From assembly GCA_965153355.1 (NCBI GenBank), contig OZ231126.1:40486001-40550000 (forward strand): 64,000 nucleotides of DNA. Reading direction: 5' to 3'. Shown in pieces: positions 1-15,693 of this stretch. Origin of the DNA: Flaccisagitta enflata (Eukaryota). Below the pieces are notes generated by a model that was not told the DNA's origin, did no database searches, and saw only the letters and a program-made list of their open reading frames with translations. A program made the position numbers and the translations under genes. The first letter of the stretch is position 1. Each line of letters opens with the position of its first letter.

Positions 1-252
1 GGTTCACACCACTTCTTAACCATTGCTGAGTTCTGTTCTTTTTCATTTTGTACGGTTTCTCTTCTGACTGTGTTTCTTATCTTACTATATGCGTGTCTGG
101 GTGTTGATTGCGATTGTCTATCTGGCTTTCCTAGTGTAAAATTGTTTGTATGCCTTATCTTTTGTTTCAGCAATCAGTTTTTCGTAAGGTTATTATAATG
201 TTTTTGGTCGGAGTGCTGTCTCTGTGTGTACAAATACGAAATACTGGTGTGG

Positions 253-470
253 TTTTTAGTCGCGTGCTACGCGACTCTACACCCCGCTTTGTCGGTCCGT
301 CCGTTGGGCCGTCCGTCGGTCCGTCCATCGGTCCGTCCGTCACACATTACTTTTTTTGGGTTTTTGGGATTTTTGGCTTCACTGCTCCTGCCTAAATGAT
401 CTGGTGACCTCAATTACGGCCCCTGCCCACCCACACGCGACTGGGGTAGCCGTGTATCCGGCCTTGTTTT
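253..470 (+). mobile_element. Helentron-associated short element (HINE / DINE-1-like)
   Basis: T-run, then 5' hairpin AGTCGCGTGctaCGCGACT (258-276), a (GTCC/GTCG)n tract, a subterminal inverted copy CACGCGACT (434-442), a 3' stem-loop GCCG-tgtatc-CGGC (449-462) and a T-run. This order matches the established HINE layout. Confidence 0.75.
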
Positions 471-1878
<1,408 letters not shown>

Positions 1879-2439
1879 TATTATAGACACACAGACAGCT
1901 AGACAAAGAGAATGAGATTCCATCAAAAAGACAGGCAGATTATCAGACAGATAGACAGACAGACAGACAGACATACGATAAAGAGACAGGGATAGACACT
2001 CACACATAAAGACGACAGTATCTTGTTGAGAATGAAACTAGGAAACTCGTCACAGGCGTGTGAGATGAATGTCTGAGCATTTGGGTCTAAGTGTTGGAGG
2101 GGAACAAGAATCTAAAACCCTGCCTGTGTGTTGTGGTATTAAAAAAAAGGACCCGCAGCTTAGTTTTTTATAAACCTGAATCATTTTTTACGTATATGAA
2201 AATGGCATCTTCATATCACTTTATCTTTGCTCAACAATAATTGGTACAAGTGCCAAATTCCGCATAGTCTCACGTATCAGCCTTTGGGCACTGCTTATAG
2301 TAAAAGAGAACATTCGAGTCAGAAGACGAGAAGATTGGCGGTAGTAAAACACCATATTTGGTAATAGATATCGGTATTGAACATATCAAAGAGTGAGGTA
2401 GAGGCCTAGACGCCATAAACGAGTTGGGATGAGTATGTG

Positions 2440-3125
2440 TGCAGAGGGAGGTGGGGTGGGAAGGTGAAGACTCCACAAAGGAAACAGTGGGTGGGCGAAA
2501 GGAAGATGAAGAAACCCCATTTGGCGGTTGGGTTGGAGTCGGGTTCAAGATACCGCATATCATACGGATAGACAGCGTGGTGGAGATGAAGACAACACAT
2601 ATGGCGGTTAGGGTGGGGGTGGGTTCAAGACACCGCATATCTGACTGATAATGAGCGTTTTGAGGGGAAGACACCACAAGTGGAGTGGGAAGAAAGACAC
2701 GATAAGTGGAGGGTGGGAAGAAAGACGCCATTCGTGTTGGTGAGGGTGGTGGACTGGTGGTGGGTTGGAGACACCGCATTTGGCGGTGAGGGTGGGGGTG
2801 GGTTGGAAGGTAGAGTGAATAGTATAGGAGCACACCACACGAGGAGGGTGGAGTGAATAGACCGCATGTGAAGTGTGGAAGACACCACATTTGGCGGTGA
2901 GGGTGGGGATGGGTTGGAAGGTAGAGTGAATAGTATAGGAACACACCACACTAGGAGGGTGGAGTGAAAAGACCGCATGTGAATAGTGAACAGTGAAGAG
3001 AGACACCAAACGTGGAGGGTGAAGTGAATGATACAGGAAGACACCACACGTGGAGGGTGTAGTGAACACTGAACAGTATAGGAAGACACCACAGGTGATT
3101 TCACGTCGCCTGCGCAAGACACCGC
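2440..3125. repeat. Degenerate purine-rich minisatellite
   Basis: Recurring GAAGACACCACA-CGTGGAGGGTGGAGTGAATAGTATAG units, with a near-exact duplication of about 110 bp (roughly 2770-2875 vs 2880-2985). Confidence 0.75.
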
Positions 3126-3635
3126 AGATGGCGCTCTGACAGATTCAAACGATGAAAGAAAATAAGTACTGCCACCATATCGGATTCTTAGCAGTAAAGG
3201 TTCATGTTGATGAAAAAAGAATATAAGATAAAGAGAACTTGAGAAAAGTTAAAAATGAAAGAAAAAGAGAGAAAATACATGGCCGGGAAAATATCAAGTC
3301 ATCGCCGTCAGAAACCAGGGCTGCAACTGAGTGCTTTGAGTGCTTTGAACAACATAAAGTTACCAACGCTTAACCGCAGTTTTGTAGTAGCAGATGCGCA
3401 GCTTTATCATCCGATCTGGTTGCAACTGAGAGCTATGAATAACGCGAAGAGCAGGTCTGTAGCAGGTGAGCGACGTTATCTCCAAATTACTTTGGATGTA
3501 CCCGCGTGACTCTTGATGCATTCACGCGCTGTGTGAGATTGATGCTACCTTGCTAATGACCTTTTCAGAATGAAATAATGCATTCTGTTTCCCTCACGTG
3601 ACTTCCAGCATCATTTGAAGGAGAAAGCCAAGGCA

Positions 3636-3864
3636 TCCAGGCCCAAACCCCAGTCTTATCTAGAGGCCCAAATCTCAGCCTCGGGGCTAAACTCCCAGTC
3701 TTGAGGCCAAAAACATAGCCTCAAGGCCCAATATCCAGTCTTGAGACCCAAATCCAAGCCTTGAGGCCAACACCCAAGCCTTGAAGCCAAAATATTAGCC
3801 TCTAGGACTAGCACCCTGTCTTGAGGCCCAAATCCCAACCTCAGAGCCCAAATCTCTGCCTTGA
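3636..3864. repeat. 20-bp tandem minisatellite (TTGAGGCCCAAATCCCAGCC-like)
   Basis: About 11 degenerate units in phase. Confidence 0.8.
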
Positions 3865-5050
3865 AAAAAAATTCTTCGAACATATGGGGGAAATGACGAT
3901 TTTACCATAGAACTTATCGGAAGGATTACAAATAAGCCATTAATCCAAATCAGTAGCTAAACACAATATACAATGATACAGAGGTGATTGAAATAATTAG
4001 GAAATTGCGTTCATTGAGCACATTGATGGAAGCTTGTCGATTATGTAACCCGAAAGAAGTTGTGACTTCTTGTGAAAGAGTTTGAGTTGCTGTTGAGGTT
4101 GTGGTTGAGTTTGCTGTGTTTGTTGTTGTTGTTACTGTTGTTGTTGTTGTTGTTGTTGTTTCTGTTTTGTTGCCGAGTTTGTTGTTGAGTTTGAATCGCT
4201 GTTATTGATGTTTAACGTTGGTTTCTCCCCTCTGATTTCCCGTCCGCCTAGGAGTTGAAGAATAACGTGAACGGCCCCAGAAAATAACGATGCTGCGTGG
4301 TAGGCGGTGGGAGAAATCTAGGAGAGGGGAACAAGGTTACAGATGACATTTTTCATGTGTGAATACATACAATATATATATTTGAAGGCAAGACCTAGTG
4401 GATGTCTCCACATATTTAATTCAACCAACTTTGGGCTTTTATCAAAATCCACTCAAACGAGCCCAACACGCACATTGATAAGATACATAAAACCTTTTTT
4501 AACATGTTATCAAGTTCAAGCAAACCAACGGCAATTTAGGGCACAGATCCTACGAGCACCCAAATCTCAGCCATGTGGTTGAAATTGTAGCCCAAAGGCG
4601 CAGACTAACACCTCAGACCATAAGATTCGGGGCCCCTCTCACGATCTCATTGCCACATACACATCGGGTACCGTCGCCCATCCAACGCTTCTGCAACCAT
4701 TACAATTCACAATTCACGAGCATCATATGATCACCACTGAGACTCTCTCCTAACCTTCACTCGATGATGAGGCACAAATGTACCTTGAACTGCCAAAAAC
4801 TCATCCACCTCCCTTGTGTTTCACTCTCTTTGCTTCGTTACCATCAAGCTATCAGTTTCAAACCCACTTGCCTCCCTCGTCTCTCACTTTCTTTGCTAAG
4901 TTGCCATCAAGTTTCAAACCCACTTGCCTTCCTTATCCTTGTGATCCGCTTTGCCACTTTAGAGGCAACTGCTTGTTACCCACCAGCTTCCCTCTCCTTC
5001 ACTCTCCTCCTCTCGGCTCATCAATTACCCATTTCTTTTCTTGACACCCG

Positions 5051-5600
<550 letters not shown>

Positions 5601-6567
5601 GACCGAGACCAAAGTGAGTCACCAAACCAAGCTGAAGAGGGAAGCGAGGGTGTAATTCATAGCTGGCACGTTGTAAACCAGAGCTAAGAATAGCGTTCAA
5701 ACATTGAGTTAATGTAGGATCCTACAAAAGTTATGAAATGGACGAAATAGAATAATTACCAAGCAACAGGCCAGATGAAAGGGCAGATGGATGGGCGAAT
5801 AGACAAAGTGACTAAGGCTTAAACGGACGACGGTAGGACAGACGAATGGACAGACCGATGCGATGTTTCAGAGAGGCCATGCGATCCAGATTTATTGGGT
5901 CATGCCACTGGGTTTTTTTTATTGTGAAAGACTTCTGCCATTATCATGTCACCGTAATATCTTCCTCGGAGAGCCTGTACTTCAGTCAAACAAGACACAC
6001 TACGCTGGCAATTCTACTTCTGAGCGGAGACGCAGACGGGATATGCAAATTGGTGTTCCATACACACGCGAGGATTCGTACTTCTTAAACACTGCAAAAG
6101 GGCAAAATCAGGCGGAAGAAGGATGAAAAACAAATTTCAAACATCACTCGACGTCAATTTCAAAGATTCAATTGTTAGAAATGTACACTTATCAAAGACT
6201 TGTCCTGCCCTTTTGCTATTCTATATCTTAATTCTCGTGGCTCGGCGTGGATACATCTCATTAAACAATTGGGTATTAATACGGCCGACTTGAGATATTT
6301 ACCTTTCTTATCCCCTCTTCTTCTCTTTATCTTCGTTCTTTCGAGGGAGGATGTTAAGTTCTTTATGACAACTTCCCATCACTACTTACTTTTCTTCAGA
6401 ACAGAGAATATGTTTCACAAGTTCTTCTTCTTTTTTTGTTCTTTCGTTTTTACAACTTGTTGCCACCTGAGATCCCTTTCACGTCTTAGCAGATGAATTG
6501 AAAGATAACAGACTCTCTCTTCTCTCTGGCCGAGTGCCTCTGAATTTTCTTATCTTATCTACCCTTG

Positions 6568-6598
<31 letters not shown>

Positions 6599-6846
6599 AA
6601 AGAAAGAAAGAAAGAAAGAAAGAAAGAAAAAAAGAAAGAAAGAAAGGAAGAAAGAAAGAAAGAAAGAGAGGACGAAAGAAAGAGAAAAAGAAAGAAGGAA
6701 AGTAAGAGAGAAAGGAAGAAAGAATTATTGAAAGATAAAAAAAAAAAACAAAAAAAGTTAGGAAGATAGAAAGATAGAAAAAAAGTAATTAACCAAGAGA
6801 GTAAGAATAAAAGTGAGAAAGAAAGAAATAAAGAAAGAAAGAACGA

Positions 6847-6893
<47 letters not shown>
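6568..6893. repeat. (GAAA)n microsatellite
   Basis: Visible directly; abuts the 5' truncation point of the LINE. Confidence 0.95.
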
Positions 6894-6894
<1 letters not shown>

Positions 6895-6929
6895 CAGAAG
6901 CACTCATCGCATTAGAGGAAAATAGAATT

Positions 6930-9741
6930 AGATTGGTTGGAACATAAGAGCCGATGATGAAAAATGGGATAGATTTACCCAAGAATTAAGAAAAAGATGT
7001 GAACGAGCGACCCAAATAATCTCTAACTCAGAAATACCAATAGATGACAAATATAAAAAGTACTTAAATGAAATCGAACGCAGTGCCCTATGTTCTATTG
7101 GGAAAACCACTTTCAAAAATAGACCCAGAGCAAGGACATCAGAAACAGTAAAGAATTTACAAAACAAAAAACGACCACTGAAAGATCAAATTCAAGCTGA
7201 AAAAGATCAGCTTCGACGGGAAATTTTGATCAATGAATACAAAGATATCCAACAAGAAATTCATGACAAAATGAAACGTGAAAAGGTTGAAGAAATAACT
7301 GAAAAATTAGAAAAAATCATGGCAGATGGCAGCAAAAACGCTCTTTGGAATGAAAAACGAAAGATGGAACGTGATCATTCCCTTGATTACCTTGCTATGA
7401 AAAATGAACAAGGGATGTGTCTTTATGACCCTGAAGAGTATAAATCAGAGCATGCAAACTATTTTGAAGGTCTTTACAAGCCAAAAGAATTTGAGTATCA
7501 TCCATACCACACTGAAGTCCTTAAAAAGATCGACGAATACACAAAAGATAGAAATCATGAAGATACCACTTACAATAGAATACCCACTAAACAAGAAATA
7601 GCGGACATCATAAGAAAAAAGAAAAATGGCAAATCAACCCCTGACATAAGAAACGAGATGATTAAAAGAGGAGGAGAACCAATGATTGACATCCTTCACC
7701 CTCTTGTGGTTGAATGGTTTGACACCAAGTATATGGAACCATGGTACAATAACATGTCTGTACAAAGGTAAAGGCGACAAAGAAAAACTGTGCAATCATC
7801 GCGGGATAACAACGTCTTCTTCAATTGGCTCAATTATTGAAACTATGATTGATAACCGCATTACACATTTGGTGGAATTCACTCAAGCACAAGGTGGAGG
7901 AACAAAAGGGGCTGCATGCGCAGACCATTTATTCATTCTCCGTGCTATCATCGATATATCCATTAAAGAAAAACGCTCAACCTTTATAACCTACTATGAC
8001 GTCTCAAAAGCATACGACAATGTAGACAACAACGATCTTCTTGTCACAATGTGGGAAAAAGGTTTGAGAGGCAAGTCGTGGCGAATTCTCAAAAACTTAA
8101 ATTCAAACTTGACAGCATCTATCAAAACCAGATTTGGTCCAACTCGTGACGTTTCCATGGAAATAGGAGGAAAGCAAGGTTCAAGGCTAACAGGGAGAAT
8201 GTTTAGCAAGATGATGGATCTGTTATCAGAAATGTTAAGTGAAACGGATTTAGGATTCAAATTAGATGACGACTTTATCATCAGTGTCCTCCTATGGGTC
8301 GATGATGTCATTTCGTGTACTGAAAGCGAAGAAGACCAAGAAGAAATGCTACTTAAAATCAATGAATTTGCAATTAGACACAAAATAAAATGGGGTCAAA
8401 ATAAGTGCAACATCATGAGAGTTGGTAAGCATAAAAAATCTGAAAGGGAATGGAAATTAGGGGACATGGTCATCCAAGAAACCAAAAAATATAAATATCT
8501 TGGTGACATAGTAACGCCTGATGGCAAAAATACCGAAAATATTCAAAGTTGAGGCACTAAATTACAGTCAACAACAATAAATATAAACACAATAGCCTCT
8601 AGTGAGATCCTCCACCGCATCAAAACTACAGTCCTACTTGATATGCATGAAAAGAAGAGTATCCCTGGCTTCTTAACCAACGCCGAATCTTGGAATCTGA
8701 CCCATAAAGAAGAAAAAGAACTAGAAAAAATAGAGATCCAAGCGGTAAAATACTTGTTTGACTTACCTGTACACATGCCAACGGTTGCCATACTCTACTC
8801 CCTTGGTCTACTCTACACAACCCAACGCATTGACCAAATACAGTTAATATACCTTCACAGACTGCTTCAAAGAGACAACAAAGATCAAACTAAAAATTCC
8901 TTACACACACTAAGAGACAAAAAAGCCGGATGGTTCGAAAGAATATCAAATACTTTACAGAAGTACAACCTCCCAACAGACTTCCAAACCATTGCCTCCA
9001 TACGTCCAAACCGTTGGAAGAATGCAGTCAAACTAGTTGTTGATCAAAAGAATAAGGAGAGATTAAAAGACGATTTGTACAAATGTGAGAATGGAATCAA
9101 TACCTTAAAAACAAAAACTAAGTCCATTCTAGAAAAACTCAACGATCCACTGTACACAAGACAACCTGAACGTGAAATAATAAACACGACAAAAAACGAG
9201 ACCAAAACAATTCTTATAGCCAGATATGGTATGCTACAATGCGGGACTAACTTTAAAGGCACAATAAATCCGACATGTCAAACATGCGACGTCTTAGACA
9301 ACAAAGATCATAGATCAAATTACTGTCCAAAATGGAATACACCCGATGAAATAGAGACAAGAGAATATGTTGACTTTAACTTAATTCATAGTTCGGACAT
9401 TAATGTGATTCGCCCGATAATACAAGAGATAAACCGTTTATGGAATACTAAATGTGCGAATGGATCTATGAACAAATAGTCTTACCTTATGTTTTTCTCC
9501 CGAAATACCCAATGGATTTTAGTTTTAGTTTTAGGCCAATTAATTGACACTCCTTTCGACTGTGTTTTAGCTCTAAAATTTTGGTTATTTATTCATCTAT
9601 GAACACACATACGGACCCACCCTTGGACAAACTAGATTTAGATGTATTTTTCACATGGTACCTTGGTACTGCTCCATAACAATTGTTGTTATAATGTGAT
9701 GAACGCACATATGAGCAATTACAATCAATCAATCAATCAAT
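6930..9741 (+). mobile_element. 5'-truncated non-LTR retrotransposon (LINE, CR1/L2-like), disrupted ORF2 reverse transcriptase
   Basis: RT motifs CLYKGKGDKEKLCNHRGIT, YYDVSKAYDNV, GGKQGSRL, LLWVDDV and KYKYLG, plus a C-terminal CQTC...H...C knuckle. Frameshift near 7715, in-frame TGA at 8550-8552, ORF end at 9479, then a 3' UTR and a (CAAT)n tail at 9722-9741. No endonuclease domain seen. Confidence 0.9.
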
Positions 9742-10605
9742 TCCAGGTAGTGTCCATGCCGCTTCAAAAGTCTGTTGACATTTGGCAGGTATCCACTATG
9801 GGTTATGACAAAATTGACTCTCTTGTCTGTTCTTTTTTCCACCCTTTTTAGCGCCTCACCCCTTTCCATCTTGAATGCTTCCTTCATTTGCTGCCTCACC
9901 TGATTCTTTCCATAACCTCTTGACACCAGCTTCTCCTCAACCTTCTTTCCATATCGCCAATAGTCCTCATTCTCACTGCAAATTCTCCTCAATCTTCTGA
10001 ATTGCCCCTTGGCAATGCCTTCCTTTACATGTCTTGGGTGATCTGACTCCTTATGTAAATACCTTGTTCTGTCCGTCGGCTTAACATACAACTCTGTTTT
10101 TATCCCTCCGTCTTCTCCCTTAATGACCTTCACATCTAGGAACGCCGCCTCCTTCTCACATACATCATAGGTTACCTTAATTCTCTCCTCGTGCCCATTA
10201 CATATCACCACAAATCTCTCAAACTCCCCCTTGCTCCCTTGCCACACTCCCCAGATATCATCCACAAAACGGTACCACATCTTTGGCTTTTTCCCCATCT
10301 CCTTCATTGCCTTGTTCTGAACCTCTTCCTCCCACTTTCCCATATAGGTACACGCATAGTTCTACCCCATTTGGCCGTTCCCTCCTTCTGTCGGTACCTC
10401 TCTCCCTCAAATAAAAACTCGTTGCTACGTAACACCATCTCTCCCAACCCAATCAGATCTTCTGTCGGTATTTTCGTTCCTTTTCTTTTCTCCAGATTTT
10501 CCCTCATTGCTTCCTTTGTCTTCTCCCTCGGTACACTTGGGTACAGCGCCACCACGTCCATTGTGAACATAAATTCATTTCCATCCAACTTCTGTACATC
10601 TGTCT
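9742..10605 (-). mobile_element. Penelope-like element reverse transcriptase fragment (frameshifted, truncated at both ends)
   Basis: TMDVVALYPSVP, YRQKEGTA, WYRFVDDIW and the Penelope-typical YVKPTDRTRYLHKESDHPRHVKEGIAKGQFRRLRRICS. Frameshift near 10365; no GIY-YIG domain. Confidence 0.88.
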
Positions 10606-10904
10606 TAAAATAATTTAGGACAATTGTCCTTAAAAACTTTAAATGGCCATAAAATCTGAAATAATTGTCTGACTGAGCTGTTCTTGTAGTCTAGGATAGG
10701 TGAAATTTTCTGCCGAATCCAATGGTCTGGGTTGATGTCTTCATGCACTTTGATTTCACGAGCTATTTTTTGACAGCCAAACATGTTCAATAATTGAGTA
10801 TTCTAATTGAGCTTTGATGCAGAAAAAATGGGAAGTTTAGAAATTGGAAAGTAAAGTAACAAAAATTAATCCTCCAGTTTTAACTGGGTTTGTTTTAGTT
10901 ATAC

Positions 10905-11410
10905 TGTATCTATGCAGAACATCATGAAATTTTGATGCAGCATTTTATCTAGTCCATCACAGCTCACACTACCCTACTGCAATAAAACTGTATTAAAGTA
11001 CTGCATTAAACTTTAAACTCCCTGCCTTAAAGCCTCTACCAATCTAAAATACTCATGGTTAAAATTCTTCCTCATTTTTTCTTTTCTACCCTTACTCTTA
11101 TTTACCCTATGACAGATTACAGATATCTATGCAGAACATCATGGTAATCTGATGCAGCATTTTATTCAGTCTGCACAGGTTTGCATTACTCATTGTACAA
11201 TATCCTGCAACAAATCCTGAGTAAAGTTCATTAAACTCTGCATCAAAACCTCTTATAAACCCCTGCCTTGTTTTTCCTACCAATCTGCACATTCCTTTTT
11301 GGTTCATAAATTCTCATTTCTTCTTTTCACTCATTTTCCATATGTGTTCTCAAGGTGATTTCACGAAAACATCATGCAAATTTTTGCGCAGCATTTTATT
11401 GCCTGAATAT
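10905..11410. repeat. Three diverged ~220-240 bp tandem units
   Basis: AACATCATG...GCAGCATTTTAT core near 10919, 11134 and 11368. Confidence 0.65.
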
Positions 11411-11669
11411 TCATAACACAAAACTCTGAAGATTTTGCAATAGCGTACATGTATATATTTGCCTATTTGACAATAGAAATCTTTGATTGAAGGCCAGAAA
11501 CCTTACTTCTTAGTGTCTTCTTTTGCCCATCGAGAAAGCTGGGCATCAAAAAGCAGAATGTTTAACTAATCATTTCTAAGTCTGCAACAGCTTTGCATTA
11601 ACCCTTCACCAAAATCCCTTTAAAACTCCTGCCTTAGAGCTCTTCCATTTGGAAAGAAGGTAGACAGGC

Positions 11670-12818
11670 TGCAGCGCAGACCCGGCCGTCAGCTTAGACG
11701 GGGCCGCAGCGCAGACTGGGGCCAGCGCAGACGTGGGGGGCCGTAGCGCAGATCCGGCGCGCAGACTCTCGGCCAGAGCAGACTCAGGCCAGAGCGCAGA
11801 CTCGTGGCCGTAGCGCAGACTCGCCGTAGCGCGCAGACTCCGGCTGAGTGCAGACTCGGGCCGTAGCGCAGACTCGGCCGTAGGCGCAGACTCGGGCCGA
11901 GCGCAGATTGGCCGCAGCGTGACTCGATACCGCAGAGACAGACCATACCGCAGACTCAGACCATACGGCAGACTCGGACCATACCGCAGACTCGGACCAC
12001 ACCGCAGATTCGGACCATACCGCAGACTCGGACGTTACCGCAGACTTGGACCATACCGCAGACTCAGACCATACTGCAGACTCGGACCATACCGCAGACT
12101 CGGACCATACCGCATACTCGGACCATACCGCAGACTCGGACCATACCGCAGACTCGGACCATACCGCAGACTCGCACCATACCGCAGACTCGCACCACAC
12201 CGCAGACTCGCACCACACCGCAGACTCACTGACACCGCAGACTCGCACCATACCGCAGACTCGCACCACATGCAGACTGATTGATGGCCTCAGATCGCAC
12301 CATACCGCAGACTCGCACCACACCGCACTCACTATACCGCAGACTCGCACCATACCGCAGACTCAGATCATACCGCAGACTCGCACCATACCGCAGACTC
12401 GCACCATACCGCAGACTCGCACCATACCGCAGACTCGCACCATACCGCAGACTCGCACCACACCGCAGACTTGGACCACACCGCAGACTCGGACCACACC
12501 GCAGACTCGGACCATACCGCAGACTCGGACCATACCGCAGACTCAGACCATACCGCAGACTCGGACCATACCGCAGACTCGGATCACACCGCAGACTCGG
12601 ACCACACCGCAGACTCAGACCACACCGCACACTCGGACCACCGCAGACTCGGACCACACTGCAGACTCAGACCACACCGCAGACTCGGACCACACCGCAG
12701 ACTCGGACCACACCGCAGACTCGGACCATACCGCAGACTCGGACCATACCGCAGACTCGGACCATACCGCAGACTCGGACCATACCGCAGACTTGGACCA
12801 TACTGCAGACTCGGACCA
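11670..12818. repeat. 18-bp GC-rich minisatellite (CCGCAGACTCGGACCATA)n
   Basis: Dozens of units in phase; the 11670-11935 part is more degenerate. Confidence 0.95.
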
Positions 12819-14556
12819 ATAGGGGACCAATAGGGGCTGACATTCTGCAATAAGGGCTGACAATCTACAAAAAGGGCTGACAATCTGAAGTAGGGATGGA
12901 CAATGTAAAAATGGGATGGACAATCTGCAAATGGGGTGGACAATCTGCAAAAGGGGTGGACAATCTGCAATAGGGGTGGACAATCTTCAATAGGGGTGCA
13001 CAGTCTGCAATAGGGGTGGACAATCTGCAATAGGGGTGGACAATCTTCAATAGGGGTGCACAGTCTGCAATAGGGGTGGACAATCTGCAATAGGGGTGGA
13101 CAATCTGCAATAGGGGAAGATAATCTTCAATAAGGGGTTTACAATCTGCAATAAGGGGTAGACAATCTGCAACAAGGGTAGACAATCTGCAATAAGGGTT
13201 GACAATCTGCAATAGGAGTTGACAATCTGCAATAGGGGTGCACCATCTGCAATAGGGCTGGACAATCTGCAATAGGGGTGGATAATCTGCATTAAGGGTC
13301 AACAATCTGCATAAGGGAAAGATAATCTACAATAGGGGTCAATAATCTGCATTAGTGATCGAAAATCTGCAATAGGGGTCCACAATCTGCAATAGGGGTC
13401 CACAATCTGCAATAGGGGTCCACAATCTGGAATAGGGGTTGACAATCTGCAATAGGGGTTGACAATCTGCAACAGGGGTGCACAATCTGCAATAGGGATG
13501 CACAATCTGCAATAGGGGTGCCCAATCTGCAATAGGGCTGGACAATCTGCAATAGGGCTGGATAATCTGCATTAAGGGTCAACAATCTGCAATAAGGGTC
13601 AATAATCTGCAATAGGGGTTGACAATCTGCAATAGGGGTTGACAATCTGCAATAGGGGTGCACAATCTGCAATAGGGCTGGATAATCTGCATTAAGGGTC
13701 AACAATCTGCAATAGGGGTCAATAATATGCATTAGGGATTGAAAATCTGCAATAGGGATCAACAATCTGCAATAGGGGTCCACAATCTGCAATAGGGGTC
13801 CACAATCTGCAATAGGGAAAGAAAATCTGCAATAGGGGAAGAAAATCTGCAATAGGGATCAAAAATCTGCAATAGGGATCAAAAATCTGCAAAAGGGATC
13901 GAAAATCTGCAATAGGGATCAAAAATCTGCAATAGGGATCGAAAATCTGCAATGGGGATCGAAAATCTGCAATAGGGATCAAAAATCTGCAATAGGGGTC
14001 GACAATCTGCAATAGGGGTCGACAATCTGCAAAAGGGGTTGACAATCTGCAATGGGGTTGACAATCTGCAATAGGGGTTGACAATCTGCAATAGGGGTTG
14101 ACAATCTGCAATAGGGGTTGACAATCTGCAATAGGGGTTGATAATCTGCAATAGGGGTTGACAATCTGCAATAGTTGACAAGTCTGCAATAGAAGGACAA
14201 GCTGCAATAGGGGTTGACATCTGCAATAGGGCGACAATCTGCAGAAGTTGACAATTCACAATAGGGGACAATCTGCAATAGGGGTTGACAATCTGCAATA
14301 GGGTTGACAATCTGCAATAGGGGTTGACAATCTGCAATAGGGGTTGACAATCTGCAATAGGGGTTGACAATCTGCAATAGGGGTTGACAATCTGCAATAG
14401 GGGTTGACAATCTGCAATAGGGGTTGACAATCTGCAATAGGGGTTGACAAGCTGCAATAGGGGTTGACAAGCTGCAATAGGGGTTGACAATCTGCAATAG
14501 GGGTTGACAATCTGCAATAGGGGTTGACAATCTGCAATAGGGGTTGACAATTTGCA
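12819..14556. repeat. 20-bp minisatellite (GACAATCTGCAATAGGGGTT)n
   Basis: Long array in phase with blocks of variant units. Confidence 0.95.
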
Positions 14557-14989
14557 TAGGGTCGAGTCGACAATAGGGCCGAAATAACATAGGCGAGTTT
14601 ACAACAGTCGAAACAACAATAGGCCGAGTTGACAATGTTGGACAATAGGTCAAGTTGACAATAGGGCCGAGTCGACAATAGGGCCGAGTCTACAATAGGG
14701 CCGAGTCGACAATAGGGCCGAGTCGACAATAGGGCCGAGTTGACAATAGGGCCGAGTCGACAATAGGGCCGAGTCGACAATAGGGCCGAGTCTACAATAG
14801 GGCCGAGTCGACAATAGGGTCGAGTCAACAATAGGGCCGAGTCAACAATAGGGCCGAGTTGACAATAGGGCCAAGTCGACAATAGGGCCAAGTCTACAAT
14901 AGGGCCGAGTCTACAATAGGGCCGAGTCTACACTAGGGCCGAGTCTACAACAGGGCCGAGTCTACAATAGGGCCGAGTCTACAGTAGGG
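14557..14989. repeat. 17-bp minisatellite (GACAATAGGGCCGAGTC)n
   Basis: Array in phase, directly after the 20-mer array. Confidence 0.95.
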
Positions 14990-15213
14990 TTTACTTCAAT
15001 CATAACGACAAGCTACGCTAGCAATACTACGTCAGAGAGGGGAACGCAGATGGGGATCCATCAGAAGGTGTATTTTGGCGCATTTGGTGAGCCACTCCCC
15101 TTACCCAATTTTTGGTCGTAAAACTCCCCAAGTTTTGTATTTTTTGTCCGGCTGGTTGGTTGGCTGGCTGGCTAGAAAGAAATGACCTACTTTCTGGATG
15201 GAAACGTAATTGG

Positions 15214-15322
15214 TTTTTAGGTGCGAAAAAGCACCTCTATAACTGGCTAGGCTTGTTGGTTGGTTGGTTGGTTGGTTGGTTGAGAAACGCATTTGTCCTT
15301 ATTAGTCTACAAGGCCTTGTTT
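15214..15322 (+). mobile_element. Short HINE/DINE-1-like element
   Basis: TTTTT, hairpin AGGTGC-gaaaaa-GCACCT, (GGTT)n tract and 3' end GGCCTTGTTT as in the 253-470 element. The paralogous site at 47850-47941 lacks the insertion. Confidence 0.65.
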
Positions 15323-15375
15323 GCTTTTAGCTCCGATTCATTTGGCGGTGTGGCAAGCTCCTAGTGAAAGATGCT

Positions 15376-15530
15376 ATGACATAACATGACATGACATGAC
15401 ATACCACAACATGACATGACATGACATGAGCCAACACAACATGACAGAACATGACATAACCCGACATAACATGATACAACATGACATAACATAACATATT
15501 ACAACTTGACATGACATGAGTGGTTTTGTG

Positions 15531-15597
<67 letters not shown>

Positions 15598-15605
15598 GAG
15601 AAAGA
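15376..15605. repeat. (CATGA)n and (GAAA)n microsatellites
   Basis: Visible directly. Confidence 0.92.
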
Positions 15606-15693
15606 ACAAATTTCTTCTGTAAAACTAGCTCTCTGATTGGTCAATTGAGAGTCTCTGATTGGTCAATTAGAACAGAGAGAGAGAGAGAGCTCA

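Noticed and set aside
11689-14891. Long repetitive ORFs (DHTADS, CRLSTPIAD) and a possible CRISPR array
   Set aside because: Head-to-tail minisatellites with no unique spacers, no cas genes and a eukaryotic context.
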